A stretch of 50,488 nucleotides of DNA, taken from positions 1 to 50,488 of the IMG/VR virus record IMGVR_UViG_3300023181_000038; one strand, written 5' to 3'. Numbering within the stretch: position 1 is the stretch's first letter; every line of letters starts with the position of its first letter. The DNA comes from a virus. Taxonomy: Duplodnaviria > Caudoviricetes. Made by a program: the position numbers and the translations under genes. Positions 31,804 through 41,834 of the stretch are shown here, one piece after another. The notes beneath the pieces were generated by a model that saw nothing but the letters and a program-made list of their open reading frames with translations, ran no database searches and was not told where the DNA came from.

Positions 31804-34800
31804 TTATGCCCAATTCTGTTTTATGTAAGCGCGCATGCTTGCGTCAACCTGAATGTTTACTTTGCTGCCCTTAACTGCACGTTCAATTCTTGCTCCCCAT
31901 TTATCGAATGATTCGTTATTCCCATTTGCTGCTTTCTGCGTTTGAATATTACGCACCAATTGAGGGGCAAGCATACCGTAAGCCATAGCATTAAGCCGCT
32001 CTGACGGGATAACCGTAGTGCCTGCGCGAAGATCTTTAATCTGATCTCCTTTTACGGCGTATGGATCCCGCCCCGGTTCGATGATGTACTCCAATCCGCT
32101 TTTGTTATCCCCTACGCGGGCCAATCCACCTTTGTGCTTCGCCTTCCCATCAATACCCGCACCCTCTGCGTAAGCTGGCAGTGGTGTGGCAAGTACGGTA
32201 GCAAGTTGAATGGCACCAACGCCGGCGCTCAATGCAGCTAATGGGATACCGGCAACCGGTCCAAACTGTGAGAACGCCTTAATTACGGCCTGTGCGGTCA
32301 ATGCGATGATTTCACCAATGGCAATAGCCCTTTCGTATTTCGCCTGATCCCTGCGCAATTGCTTTTCTCTCGCTGCAATGTCTTCACGTTGTGCCGCTGC
32401 CTTTGCTTCCGCTACCGCTATCCGCGCCTGCTTTTCTTCCGCGAAAAATGCCGCCTTCTCTTCGTCTGATATGTTTTGAAGATTGTACTTCTCCAATAGC
32501 TTTTGGCGCTCTTCCTGCGACATTATCGACGCCTGAATAGCACGCACCTCTTTATCCTTATTCTTATCGATTTGCACCTCTTCATTTTGAAGGCTTGCAA
32601 ACCGTGTTTCAAATTGAGCGGATACTACTGTCTTAAAAAGGGTGTACAGGGCTTTCATTGCCTCTGCCCGCTTGTCATCTATTTTTTTACTAAGCTCCGC
32701 CGCTTTCTCGTTGTCCTCAATTATTTGGTCGTTCTTCTCCTTATTCAGCGCTACCTCAATATCGTGATACTTCTTTTGCAGGGCCGTGGTATCATAGCCC
32801 ATCCTGCCAAGCTCAAAAAGCTCAGTCCCTATACGATTTTTCAGGGCTTTCAGTTCTTCTAAGTCGTACTTGTCGTTTATATCCTTTAGCTGCTTCCGGT
32901 ATTTCTCTTCCGATATAAGGCCGTTCTTAAAACGCGCTGACAATGCGATACGCTCATTCTGTTCGTCAATACTTCTTGACGCACTTATGGCGCTTAAGTC
33001 ACCCTCGTATAGCTTTTGACGCTCTAATAGATAGTTCCGAGTTATGCCTATTATCTGCGCGTTAGTGTCCATCTCCGCGTTAATTCGCAGATTCAATTCA
33101 GGGAATCCCTTTTTGTCCTTTGCTGTCCTTTCCTTTGGCGTTGCAGGGTCATTACCAAACAGCGTTTGTCCCGCAAGTGCAGCGGATTTTTGCGCGTCGG
33201 TGAGATATTTCGATTGCTCTTTTTGAGCCTCTTTTAACGCTGCTGTAATGTCGTTAAAACGCTTCTTTAATTCTGTGACTTTGGTTTGGGCAAAAAACTG
33301 ATCCAACCCCCGACTTTCTGCATCACCGGTCTTACCCGCCTTATCTCGCGCCTCTCTTGCTTTGGTGAGATCTTCCAAAGCCTCCGTTTGTGCCGTAGTG
33401 AGGTCGTAAACAGTTTCACTTGCGGCTGCAAATTTCTTTTCCGCCGCCTGTGCCGCCGCCCTGTTAAGAAGCGCCTGAGTGGCTTCGTTTATCGCTGCCG
33501 TGGCTTTGCCTTGTAGAATTATTTCTTTGTCAAGATTGCCGAAGTAGTCGGGATATGTTTCTTGCAGTTCTTTTATCGCCCTTGCCCTATTACCTGTGGA
33601 TTGCTCATTGTCCGCTGCGAGTGTGGTAAGAATATTCAATCTTGCAATTTCCTGTTGCGCTGCAACGCGGGACGATGATTCTATGTTGTCAATACTTTCT
33701 TTGTACTTTTTATTGGCAGCTTCGGCTTTCTTTGATGCTGCACTTGCGCCTGTGAACACTCCTACAATCTTATCGCCAAATGTTGTGGCAACAATAATAA
33801 TGCCCAATAAAAGGGTGTTCATTGAAAACAATGTATTGATTAGCCGTTTGCCCACGCTGGAATTTGCCGCCGTAGCTGCTGTATTTTCAGTAACAGCAAC
33901 ATTCAGGCGGTTCATCGCAACAGTTGATTCCGTTGCTGCTACAGCCGCCGCGCCGTTTGCCCTTACCTGACCGCCAATCGCTGCCGCATCATCCACATTA
34001 GCCCCTGCGTTTAGCAATATTGCCTCGGTGTTAACTGCCGCCGCTTCTGCTGCCTCAATTGAAGTTGCCGATGCCGCAATTTGCTCTGCAATTTGCTCTT
34101 TTATGGCAACTGCTTGTTCCGTTGTGGCAGTGATGTTATCTACAATCGAATCAACCTGATCCGCAAGCGCATTGCCGGTGGCTTGAGATAGCTTTATGGC
34201 TTCGGCTTGCAGTGCCTTTTGCACCTCCAATTGCGTATTGAGCGCCGCAGTGTTGGCGGCAAACTCTTTCACCTTTAGGGATGCCTTGCTCAACTCATCA
34301 AAAAATTGCGGCAACTGATTAGACCATGAAAGAAACAATTGTTGTGCAGATTGTACGGATGGCACCTCTCGCAATAGCCCCTGCAACGAAGCGCCGAGCC
34401 CATCATAAGCGGATTTGTAGTTACCAACATTCCGTTGATTCTGTCCAACCGCCGCTTCAATAGTCCCTAGCTTGTCGCTTAGTTCTTTTGCATTTTTAAT
34501 GGCGGCAATAGTCCGGGCATCACCTTCGCCAAGTGTGAGATAAAATTCCTTAGCCTGTTTTTCAGCCAGCCCGTATTCTGCACGAAGTTTACCGTAAGCC
34601 GTTTGTAGGCTATTCGCGCCCTTAGCCTCCCGTGCTGCCGCTGCTGTAGCCTTATTGCTGCGGTCAATCTTCCTGTCAGCCTCTTTTGATGTAATTGCAT
34701 CTGCTGCCGCTCGCTCTTTTGCTGCTTTTGCCGCAAACAAATCAGCCTTCCCTGCTTCTGTGGCCGTTTTGCTAAGGTCAAGGTTGGCTTTTATCAACTT

Positions 34801-35004
34801 CGCCGCTGCCGCATCTGCCCTTGCCTGCGCACTCAGGAAAGCAGTAATTCCTTTTGCATCACCCAGCGCATTAGCCGCATCACGTGCCGCCTCTGCATAT
34901 TTAGCAATAGCGGGTATGCCATCCTGCACGGCCTTAGTCGCACGATTGACGTTATCAATCGCGGAACTAGGGATAATCTCTACTATATCTGCAAAATCGG
35001 CCAT
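31804..35004 (-). CDS. Tail tape measure protein
   Basis: 1066 aa, Ala/Lys-rich helical; QRNVGNY; hydrophobic segments; C-terminal P.YAEG...GGLARVGD. Confidence 0.92.
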   Translation of the reverse strand: MADFADIVEIIPSSAIDNVNRATKAVQDGIPAIAKYAEAARDAANALGDAKGITAFLSAQARADAAAAKLIKANLDLSKTATEAGKADLFAAKAAKERAAADAITSKEADRKIDRSNKATAAAAREAKGANSLQTAYGKLRAEYGLAEKQAKEFYLTLGEGDARTIAAIKNAKELSDKLGTIEAAVGQNQRNVGNYKSAYDGLGASLQGLLREVPSVQSAQQLFLSWSNQLPQFFDELSKASLKVKEFAANTAALNTQLEVQKALQAEAIKLSQATGNALADQVDSIVDNITATTEQAVAIKEQIAEQIAASATSIEAAEAAAVNTEAILLNAGANVDDAAAIGGQVRANGAAAVAATESTVAMNRLNVAVTENTAATAANSSVGKRLINTLFSMNTLLLGIIIVATTFGDKIVGVFTGASAASKKAEAANKKYKESIDNIESSSRVAAQQEIARLNILTTLAADNEQSTGNRARAIKELQETYPDYFGNLDKEIILQGKATAAINEATQALLNRAAAQAAEKKFAAASETVYDLTTAQTEALEDLTKAREARDKAGKTGDAESRGLDQFFAQTKVTELKKRFNDITAALKEAQKEQSKYLTDAQKSAALAGQTLFGNDPATPKERTAKDKKGFPELNLRINAEMDTNAQIIGITRNYLLERQKLYEGDLSAISASRSIDEQNERIALSARFKNGLISEEKYRKQLKDINDKYDLEELKALKNRIGTELFELGRMGYDTTALQKKYHDIEVALNKEKNDQIIEDNEKAAELSKKIDDKRAEAMKALYTLFKTVVSAQFETRFASLQNEEVQIDKNKDKEVRAIQASIMSQEERQKLLEKYNLQNISDEEKAAFFAEEKQARIAVAEAKAAAQREDIAAREKQLRRDQAKYERAIAIGEIIALTAQAVIKAFSQFGPVAGIPLAALSAGVGAIQLATVLATPLPAYAEGAGIDGKAKHKGGLARVGDNKSGLEYIIEPGRDPYAVKGDQIKDLRAGTTVIPSERLNAMAYGMLAPQLVRNIQTQKAANGNNESFDKWGARIERAVKGSKVNIQVDASMRAYIKQNWA

Positions 35005-35276
35005 TACTTACTTGCTTCTATTAGGTCATTCAAATCCCTTTTGTTCCTCTCCGCGTCCCGTAGGTAGCAATTCGCTTTGTGTGCAATTATCGCATCTTGT
35101 ACGTCAATCATTTTGCCGAATGTGTCCAACCCGCGCTGATAATACTTTTTGAAATGGTCGCTAGCAACACCGTACTTCTTTGCTACCGCATTGCAGACCG
35201 CGCCTTGCATCGCATAGCGTATTTTAAGCCTCTTCAGGTTCAGCTTCCGTAGGTGTTGCTTTAGCTCTTTCAACAT
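35004..35276 (-). CDS. Hypothetical protein upstream of the tape measure
   Basis: TAATG-coupled to the tape measure gene. Confidence 0.6.
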   Translation of the reverse strand: MLKELKQHLRKLNLKRLKIRYAMQGAVCNAVAKKYGVASDHFKKYYQRGLDTFGKMIDVQDAIIAHKANCYLRDAERNKRDLNDLIEASK

Positions 35277-35948
35277 AATCAATGTAGTCTCTGTAATGTA
35301 TGCAAAATTCGCGTGTTGAAATGTCGTTGATGCCGATGTGATACTTTGCTGTTTTACTTATGCTCACAAGGCACCGGATGTAGGTAGATCGGGTTGGCAA
35401 TTCGTTCGACGCTTCTTTTTGAACAGGCAATAATCCTTCCGCTTCTTTCTCTTTTATCTGCCTTTGTAGGATAAACCGCTTCGCCTGGATTTCAACCAAC
35501 CTCAAATCTTCTAAATAGCTTTCTTCGCTGTATTCCCTGTCAAAACCTTCCTCTCGCAGTTGGTGGGCAAGGTCAGGGTGTGGACCATACTGCCCCATCG
35601 CATTCATTAACAGCGTAACGCGGTCAATGTTCAGGTTCAGCATTTCAATCTCTGCCGTCAGAGTAGCAACGCGGCTCATTCTTTCACCCCCTACGGCCTC
35701 ATTAAACTCCTGCTGTATGTTTTGCCATGCGTGAGCTAATAAAGCCCGTGGTGCGTTTACTTTGGCCCGCGAAAGGTGCTGTAAGTTCCCGGTGGTTGAG
35801 CAATCAACATAAACAGAGAACGGCAGATCATCAATGCACGAAAAAACGCTCCACTTCTCTAATTCCGATGGGGTCACGGTCAGGGGCGTAGAATGTGTAC
35901 CCTCCGTTTGCAGTAGCTGCAAGAACCATGCTTCGGTTTGCATATCCA
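35224..35948 (-). CDS. Putative tail assembly chaperone (start uncertain)
   Basis: IDDLP...W..I..EF...IS..EF; position; 5' end overlaps the upstream ORF. Confidence 0.6.
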
Positions 35949-36049
35949 TTTTTACGCGCCCATGTGCGGCCCCTTTCCTTAGCCTGTTCTTTGAGCGCGT
36001 TATCATGGGCTATTTCTCTTTCTGTTGATTGGCAGTTTATGCAACTCAT
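35831..36049 (-). CDS. Small hypothetical protein (CxxC N-terminus)
   Basis: MSCINCQ; ATGA-coupled. Confidence 0.65.
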   Translation of the reverse strand: MSCINCQSTEREIAHDNALKEQAKERGRTWARKNGYANRSMVLAATANGGYTFYAPDRDPIGIREVERFFVH

Positions 36050-36513
36050 TTTAGAAACTCTGTGGCAAATTTTCGTTTAACAACCGGCCCCCAAATCTTA
36101 CTCCAAAGATACTCCCGGCTTTCTTGGGTTAATCCCAAAGCCTGATTGCCGGTTTTGTTCTGAATATCAGTGCCCCACGGAACATTGGCAACCATTCTAT
36201 ACCCCTGCCCTACAACCTCTAGTTTTATTAAGCTATGGGTGTAGCCATTGATGAAGAAGTTACGCACGCCACGCGGCGTCTGTGGCGTTATCTTGGCTTT
36301 GTAGCGCTCGTATGCCTCCGCTTGCTTTGGCCTCCCTGCAAAATATGGATCATCTACATACCGTCCGAGCGTACCGCCGTCTTTCCCTTTCCCCTCCATC
36401 ATCTGCGCTCTGTTTAGAACAATCGCTGGTAGTGGATTCTCTACCATTGCGTCAGCGGTGAGGTTAACGAGATTGATTCGCCGCAGCCGTTTCAGTATTT
36501 CATTGAAGCCCAT
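36046..36513 (-). CDS. Putative tail completion/neck protein
   Basis: NRAQM..G...G...LGLTQES; start MGFNE follows a terminator. Confidence 0.65.
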   Translation of the reverse strand: MGFNEILKRLRRINLVNLTADAMVENPLPAIVLNRAQMMEGKGKDGGTLGRYVDDPYFAGRPKQAEAYERYKAKITPQTPRGVRNFFINGYTHSLIKLEVVGQGYRMVANVPWGTDIQNKTGNQALGLTQESREYLWSKIWGPVVKRKFATEFLK

Positions 36514-36517
36514 CGGT

Positions 36518-36546
36518 AAAAAGAAAGGCGGCAACATGGCCGCCTT
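36518..36546 (-). terminator. Intrinsic terminator after the capsid-to-tail-tube block
   Basis: AAGGCGGC-N6-GCCGCCTT with a U-tract on the minus strand. Confidence 0.8.
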
Positions 36547-36552
36547 AATTGG

Positions 36553-36813
36553 TTAGTTTTTGCTAGGTGCTGGCGGTGCCTTATCTGCGGTCTTTTCTGC
36601 CTTCGGGGCGGCTTTCTCCATCACAGCGGCATAAAGCCCCTGCATGCGGATCTTGCGCGATTCATCACCATATCCCGCGAACAGGCTTTTGCTTGTTTCT
36701 GCCGTCATGAACTTTTCCAGGCTGCCATGACTTGCAATGTGGTCAATGTTTACGCTTACGGGTGTTTCTCCCTCACCGTATGACCAATCCATAAACTCTT
36801 TGTTCTTTTTCAT
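36553..36813 (-). CDS. Hypothetical protein after the tail tube gene
   Basis: Start MKKNKEF. Confidence 0.7.
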   Translation of the reverse strand: MKKNKEFMDWSYGEGETPVSVNIDHIASHGSLEKFMTAETSKSLFAGYGDESRKIRMQGLYAAVMEKAAPKAEKTADKAPPAPSKN

Positions 36814-36829
36814 TTGTTGGTAAGTTATT

Positions 36830-36856
36830 GCCGGTGCCCCATTGTGAGGCACCGGC
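36830..36856 (-). other. Intergenic GC-rich hairpin without a U-tract (mRNA stabiliser or pause site)
   Basis: GCCGGTGCC...GGCACCGGC. Confidence 0.6.
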
Positions 36857-36865
36857 GAAGTGAGA

Positions 36866-37849
36866 TTAAGCTACTTTGAGCGAAAGGATGTTTGACTCAA
36901 ACCATGCCGGCCCGATGCCTGCAAGTGTTGCAACGTCCTTCATTTCGATTGTCAGCACGTTGCCCGATGTTGGATAGTCCGCATCGCCGGTATCCATTGT
37001 GAGAACGTATTGCCCCGCGCCTGCCGGACTTGCAACGAGCGAAGTGATCGTTATAGCCGCGCCTGTTGCCTTGTTCTTAGCGGTAAGCATAGCCGCCGTT
37101 AGCGCGTAGATCGTGCCCAAAGAGCTTTGCCCGCAACCTGTACCGAAAAGCAGGGTAACAACGCCGGCAACAAGGGTAGACGTATTCTGAATGATAACAT
37201 CCTGAACGGCGTTATCCTGGCCCCATTTCAGCGGGTTGAAGTTCTTGCCGAAAGAATCCTGCGCTTGCAGTGTTGCGTATTGCTCGTTGTATTCTGTCGC
37301 GTCTGCGTAGTCTACATCGAAATAGTAAGTGCCTGCGTCAGCAAAGGTTGCTTTGCCTTTATTCGGTGCCTTAAGACGGGAAACAGCCTGTCCGCCCAAT
37401 TCAGGAACGCCGGTTGTAAGGTTGTTCTTGTTGACAACGATAAGGCGGCCCATCTTGTCCACTGCGATAACGTCAAACTCATTCTCGCGGCCATTGAAGG
37501 CAACGAGTGAAGCGTGAAAGCAATCGCCTTTTGTGTGGCGGTAGCGCGTCCGATAGTATGCGTCACGGTTAACTGTCTGCGAGCCGTCCGCGTATTCGGT
37601 CATTGTCTCTTCGGAATCCTGCGGGGTAACCTCCACAAAGTTTCCGATTGGGTGCCAGCGTTCCGCATAAAGCGTTGCGTGAACTTTCCCGGCAATGAAT
37701 GTTTTGAGATCAGCAGCATTGGCCGCTGTGATTACTGAGCCTTTCGGGATAAGGAAGAGCCCAACCTCTACGGCATTGCTTTGTGTGCAACGTCCGATGC
37801 CAGTATTACCGGCGCGTGATTGGCATTGTAATTGATTAAAAGCTGCCAT
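36866..37849 (-). CDS. Major tail tube protein
   Basis: C...GNTG...C N-terminus, 327 aa, Ig-like C-terminus; position. Confidence 0.75.
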   Translation of the reverse strand: MAAFNQLQCQSRAGNTGIGRCTQSNAVEVGLFLIPKGSVITAANAADLKTFIAGKVHATLYAERWHPIGNFVEVTPQDSEETMTEYADGSQTVNRDAYYRTRYRHTKGDCFHASLVAFNGRENEFDVIAVDKMGRLIVVNKNNLTTGVPELGGQAVSRLKAPNKGKATFADAGTYYFDVDYADATEYNEQYATLQAQDSFGKNFNPLKWGQDNAVQDVIIQNTSTLVAGVVTLLFGTGCGQSSLGTIYALTAAMLTAKNKATGAAITITSLVASPAGAGQYVLTMDTGDADYPTSGNVLTIEMKDVATLAGIGPAWFESNILSLKVA

Positions 37850-37851
37850 GT

Positions 37852-38439
37852 TTAGTTTATAAAGAGGTTAGTGTAACAATCGTTGATGTTGTAGGTTAAT
37901 TCTAAATTGTAGCGGAAGTGTAGCCAGGGTTGCATGTCTTTGAATCTGTCCCGACTGCTGTTACGGTAAAATGAGTATTCAGCAAGCACATTCTGTATGC
38001 CGTTGATTCGCTCTGTCATCGCTACGGCTGCGGGTCGATCTGCGAAGAACTTTGTAACGATCTGCTGCACTTCTTCGTCTGCTCTGTGTGCCGCTGTTAC
38101 GCCGGTTAGCTTCTCAATGTTTACGGAAAAAATCAGTGCAAGCGTGGCAACAGATTGGCCGGATGGAGCATCGTTGGTAATACGCTCAGGGTTGGTAAAG
38201 AACGCGGTGGCGGCAACCTTATCATCTAAATAGGCATCGCGGTATTCTCGCTTGCCGACATAGACTTCTGGTACATAACCATCTTCCGGCCCTTTCTTTT
38301 GATTCCTGTACGCACGTCCGTAGAAGTTGAATTGATCCCCTGTAATGCCCCATTCAATCAATAAGTGATCAAATAGTTCCTGCTGCAACATCTGAATAGG
38401 GATGTCGATGCCATCGGGGGTTTCTTTAAGGACTACCAT
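37852..38439 (-). CDS. Putative tail terminator/head-tail protein
   Basis: P.GID.PIQ..Q; YGRAYRN; PEVY; HRADEE; DMQP. Confidence 0.65.
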   Translation of the reverse strand: MVVLKETPDGIDIPIQMLQQELFDHLLIEWGITGDQFNFYGRAYRNQKKGPEDGYVPEVYVGKREYRDAYLDDKVAATAFFTNPERITNDAPSGQSVATLALIFSVNIEKLTGVTAAHRADEEVQQIVTKFFADRPAAVAMTERINGIQNVLAEYSFYRNSSRDRFKDMQPWLHFRYNLELTYNINDCYTNLFIN

Positions 38440-39065
38440 TTGTAAGAAGCATTCCAAACACGGGGCGATCTGCCAGCCTCTTTAGGGAACAGAATTTCAA
38501 TGACCGTTTCTATTGCATCGCGGTAAAGACCACGAACGCCGCGAGATATAGTTTTGCCGTTCCCGTCTGTATAGCCTTCCATTGCATTTTGCACCTGATC
38601 GTAGGCGGCTGCCATGCGCTCGTCAAAATTGCTCCGATTAGACGTGGATATAAGTTCAAGAACATCAAGCGCCATGCGGTAGCCAATAGCGTTATCAAAT
38701 AACGATGTACGGACGTTCAGGATGATGTTGCTAAAGTCAACGCCGGACACATCTATACGATTCCCGTAGGTATCCATGTAGTAGTACGCCCTGTCATTCT
38801 GATCAAACACATCCGACAACACACTTTGAACCGCCGATCTTTTCTTGTCGAGTAGATAGGCGTTCTTAGTCGCGTCCGTTGCGTCGTAATTCGGCATCGT
38901 GGCGATGACATATTCAACGATAGCCAGACCGTGAAAATCCTTAAAGAACCTACCGGAAGTAGATTCAGCATTTTCAGCAGACAAGGCAAAGTCAGATGGA
39001 GCAACCGGGGCCGCCCATCCAACTCTGTCCTGTAGTGCCTGTACGGCTGTGCTGTTGTAAAACAT
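38433..39065 (-). CDS. Putative head-tail adaptor
   Basis: RVGW...SGRFFKDFH; position after the capsid gene. Confidence 0.65.
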   Translation of the reverse strand: MFYNSTAVQALQDRVGWAAPVAPSDFALSAENAESTSGRFFKDFHGLAIVEYVIATMPNYDATDATKNAYLLDKKRSAVQSVLSDVFDQNDRAYYYMDTYGNRIDVSGVDFSNIILNVRTSLFDNAIGYRMALDVLELISTSNRSNFDERMAAAYDQVQNAMEGYTDGNGKTISRGVRGLYRDAIETVIEILFPKEAGRSPRVWNASYKW

Positions 39066-39067
39066 GC

Positions 39068-39289
39068 TTAGTCTTCTGCTTCTTCCGTGGATTCTGTGCC
39101 GTTGTATTGCACTGTGCCCAATTCTACAGCGCGATCTAAGCGCTCCTGGTCAAAGTGGCTCACGTCATCCCCTACTTCGTATTGCTGCGGTGTAGGAGTA
39201 GTCATGTAGTCGCGGTGATCCTGAAAAGGGATTGCTACCGTGTACAATGGCATTGATTTGCCCTCTGCGTTCTTCTTAGGCCGTGCCAT
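39068..39289 (-). CDS. Small capsid-adjacent protein
   Basis: YTV..PFQD...YEVGDDVSH...RL. Confidence 0.75.
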   Translation of the reverse strand: MARPKKNAEGKSMPLYTVAIPFQDHRDYMTTPTPQQYEVGDDVSHFDQERLDRAVELGTVQYNGTESTEEAED

Positions 39290-39291
39290 AA

Positions 39292-40398
39292 TTAAGAAGC
39301 GGTTACAGTGCTATCCATCGTGTAGATGTGCAGCGGGTTATCAATCACAGGAACAACACGCGCCTGACTGTTCGTTACTTCCATCAGTGAAGGCCGATTG
39401 AGGCTGTACTTTGATACAAGGATGAAGTCATCCGCCGTTTGGTAGTTCACGCCGGCAACCGGAATATCCTGCTCTGCAAGGCGCGTCCATGCGAGTGTAC
39501 CAATATCAGCGGTGGTAACACCAACAACTGCGCCGGCTTTCCACGGTTTGTATTGGGTTCTTACACCGTTACGCTCAAAGCGAACACTGCGGTCGATGAT
39601 CTCGATTTCAAAGCCATAGCGCTGCTGAATAGCAGGGTTAAACTGAGAAAGTGTAGGCGTCATAGCGGTTGTGCCAGAGAAGCCAGCGTAAGCCGCGTAA
39701 ACAGCCTTACCCTCTGTGGTCTTCGCCATGTTGTTGAACGTGTTACGGTCCATCATCAGCATCATGATGTTATCACCCTGGAAGGATGCCTGATCGATGA
39801 GGCGTTGAAGATCGCTGAACGGCGTAGCAGACACGTTAGACCACGGCAAAGTGGAAGTGAAGGCGTTGGCGCTAGAGTACCCGTAGTTAATACGCACACC
39901 TGTACCTATTGTTTCGCTGTCATCAATGACAACAAAACCGGAGGAAAGACCCTCAAGGAAGCAGGCTTCAATGCGCTCCATGATACCTGTGATGACCATT
40001 GGTACATCATCAAGAATCTTAGCTGCAATCTGCGCTTCTGCGGCGGCACCTGTACCGGAAAGACGGGAAACAAGCGCCATTAAGTCAGACAGTTGCTTTT
40101 CACGCTTTACAAGCTCCATACCCATCTTAGGGATGTCGCCTGATACGCGACCGAGAGATGGGCGCTTTTTCAGCGGAATGGATGAATCCATTGCAATGAT
40201 GTCCGCAGCAATGATGCTGTTGTTGACGGTAAGGGTTTCCCACTTGCCATCCATTGACATATTCTTTTTCAGGAAGCGGCGGAACAGATAAGACTGCGCG
40301 GCGGCTTGCGTGTTTTGGTCGTTAAAGCGTTGTACTACGCGGGTAACAAGACCCGGAAAGTACTGCTGTACCCATGCGAGGAAAAGAGTAGGATTCAT
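39292..40398 (-). CDS. Major capsid protein (lambda gpE-like HK97 fold)
   Basis: AADIIAMDS.IPLKKR...SGDIPK...RIE..FLEGLS. Confidence 0.88.
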   Translation of the reverse strand: MNPTLFLAWVQQYFPGLVTRVVQRFNDQNTQAAAQSYLFRRFLKKNMSMDGKWETLTVNNSIIAADIIAMDSSIPLKKRPSLGRVSGDIPKMGMELVKREKQLSDLMALVSRLSGTGAAAEAQIAAKILDDVPMVITGIMERIEACFLEGLSSGFVVIDDSETIGTGVRINYGYSSANAFTSTLPWSNVSATPFSDLQRLIDQASFQGDNIMMLMMDRNTFNNMAKTTEGKAVYAAYAGFSGTTAMTPTLSQFNPAIQQRYGFEIEIIDRSVRFERNGVRTQYKPWKAGAVVGVTTADIGTLAWTRLAEQDIPVAGVNYQTADDFILVSKYSLNRPSLMEVTNSQARVVPVIDNPLHIYTMDSTVTAS

Positions 40399-40400
40399 AA

Positions 40401-41075
40401 TTAGTCAGCAAGTGCAGTGATGCGGCCATTGGTAGCCGTAGTGAAAGCCGCCGCAATGGTGGCGAAATCATACGGTGCAGCGACCGGGTTAAAGTTGCCC
40501 CTTACCATGATGCCGGCGAAGGGTTTAGCCGTAAGTACTGAATTAATCAGAATACCTTGATAGGTATGCGACGCAGGCAGTGCAGCATAAGCGCCCGCTT
40601 CGTTGGTAGAACCAACGGTTACGGAAAAGCCTGTGCCAGTGTTGCCGATGTTGGCGGCGGCGGCGGAAAGAACATCGCCGGCTGCGTAGCCCGTGCCTTT
40701 GTTCACAATCACCACAGCAGATACTGCGCCACCCGTTACGGTAATATCAGCGGTTGCGCCTGACCCTGTACCGCCTGTCAGAGCAACGGCGGCATAGGTT
40801 ACGGCTGAGCCAGTAGAGGTTGGTGTGTAAGCGGAACCAGGGGTAACGATACCGAGTCCACCAATAGAATTTACGCCCGTAATGGGCATGGGCTTGAATT
40901 GCCCTGTTGCGGTTGCCTTGATGATTACGTGACCGGAACGAATGACGGTAGGCGTGAAGCCTGTGACGTCAAGTGTACGGCCTCCGCGAATGGATTGGAG
41001 ATTATCGACAATTGCGATACTATCCAAGCCATCATCATAGGTATTCGCTGTGTAACCGAGGTCTGCGACTGCCAT
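40401..41075 (-). CDS. Head decoration protein with an inserted Gly/Thr-rich beta domain
   Basis: GGRTLDVTG...GHVII...KPMP [insert] YAALP...Y.GIL...KPFAGIMVRG. Confidence 0.75.
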   Translation of the reverse strand: MAVADLGYTANTYDDGLDSIAIVDNLQSIRGGRTLDVTGFTPTVIRSGHVIIKATATGQFKPMPITGVNSIGGLGIVTPGSAYTPTSTGSAVTYAAVALTGGTGSGATADITVTGGAVSAVVIVNKGTGYAAGDVLSAAAANIGNTGTGFSVTVGSTNEAGAYAALPASHTYQGILINSVLTAKPFAGIMVRGNFNPVAAPYDFATIAAAFTTATNGRITALAD

Positions 41076-41093
41076 TTTTTGAGGTTGTTTGGG

Positions 41094-41741
41094 TTAGAGA
41101 TTATTCATTACAGCGTCCAATTGTTCTTTAGACGCCTCTTTTACTGCTCCTTTCGGAGATTGGCCTATTCCGCTCTGTGCGGGCGGTGCGTCATTGCCAA
41201 GCGGTTGCAGCTTGTATTGCGTGGAAAACTCCCCAAACTTTGTTGATAGGGCTGTTGCCTTTTCTTCAAAATCCGCCTCCGATGTTGGAATGTAACCGGC
41301 TCTGATGAACTCCGGCACGTCCTTAACGCGAGGGTCTTTGTTGAATCGTTCCGCGATACTTTGTGCCTGTTTCCCGGCTTCAATCGCATTAACCTTGTCA
41401 GCAAGCGCCTTGTTTTGTAGGATCAATGCCTTTGCCCATTCGGGCGTATCGGCATGAATCCCGGTATCTTCCGGCTTTTCTGTTTCGGTTGATTCGCCTC
41501 TTACTGCCTTTTCTGCATCGGCCTTAGCTTTTGCGGTTGCAGCGGTAGCGCGGCGATCTGCCTCTTTTGCTGCGTCCAAAACGTCATCTTCACGGTCTGA
41601 GATGTAAGCATCTATCCCTTCTTCATCTTCGATTTTGTCCGCCCAACGGGCTGCGATTGAATCTTTTAAGTCTTTCGATACGCTTTTGCCCTTGAATTTG
41701 ATATCAAGTGCCGCTTTTACCTTATCCTTAGGTACTGCCAT
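41094..41741 (-). CDS. Capsid scaffolding protein
   Basis: Charged helical protein; EADRRAT, PEWAKAL; directly upstream of decoration and capsid genes. Confidence 0.8.
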   Translation of the reverse strand: MAVPKDKVKAALDIKFKGKSVSKDLKDSIAARWADKIEDEEGIDAYISDREDDVLDAAKEADRRATAATAKAKADAEKAVRGESTETEKPEDTGIHADTPEWAKALILQNKALADKVNAIEAGKQAQSIAERFNKDPRVKDVPEFIRAGYIPTSEADFEEKATALSTKFGEFSTQYKLQPLGNDAPPAQSGIGQSPKGAVKEASKEQLDAVMNNL

Positions 41742-41758
41742 TCGGTATGTATTTGACG

Positions 41759-41830
41759 TAAAAGTATTCCTGTATATACTTTAGTGTTAATTATATTGAT
41801 TCGTTTTAGAATGGATATGCGCTATATTCG
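41759..41830. promoter_or_regulatory. Divergent promoter region (scaffold versus plus-strand cassette)
   Basis: TACTTTTA (minus, 41759-41766) and TATATTCG (plus, 41823-41830); AT-rich. Confidence 0.5.
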
Positions 41831-41834
41831 CGGT

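Noticed and set aside
39439-40291. Long plus-strand ORFs opposite the capsid gene (and similar ones opposite the tape measure, Sak4-like and helicase genes)
   Set aside because: Antisense shadows of well-supported genes, with no motifs or expression signals
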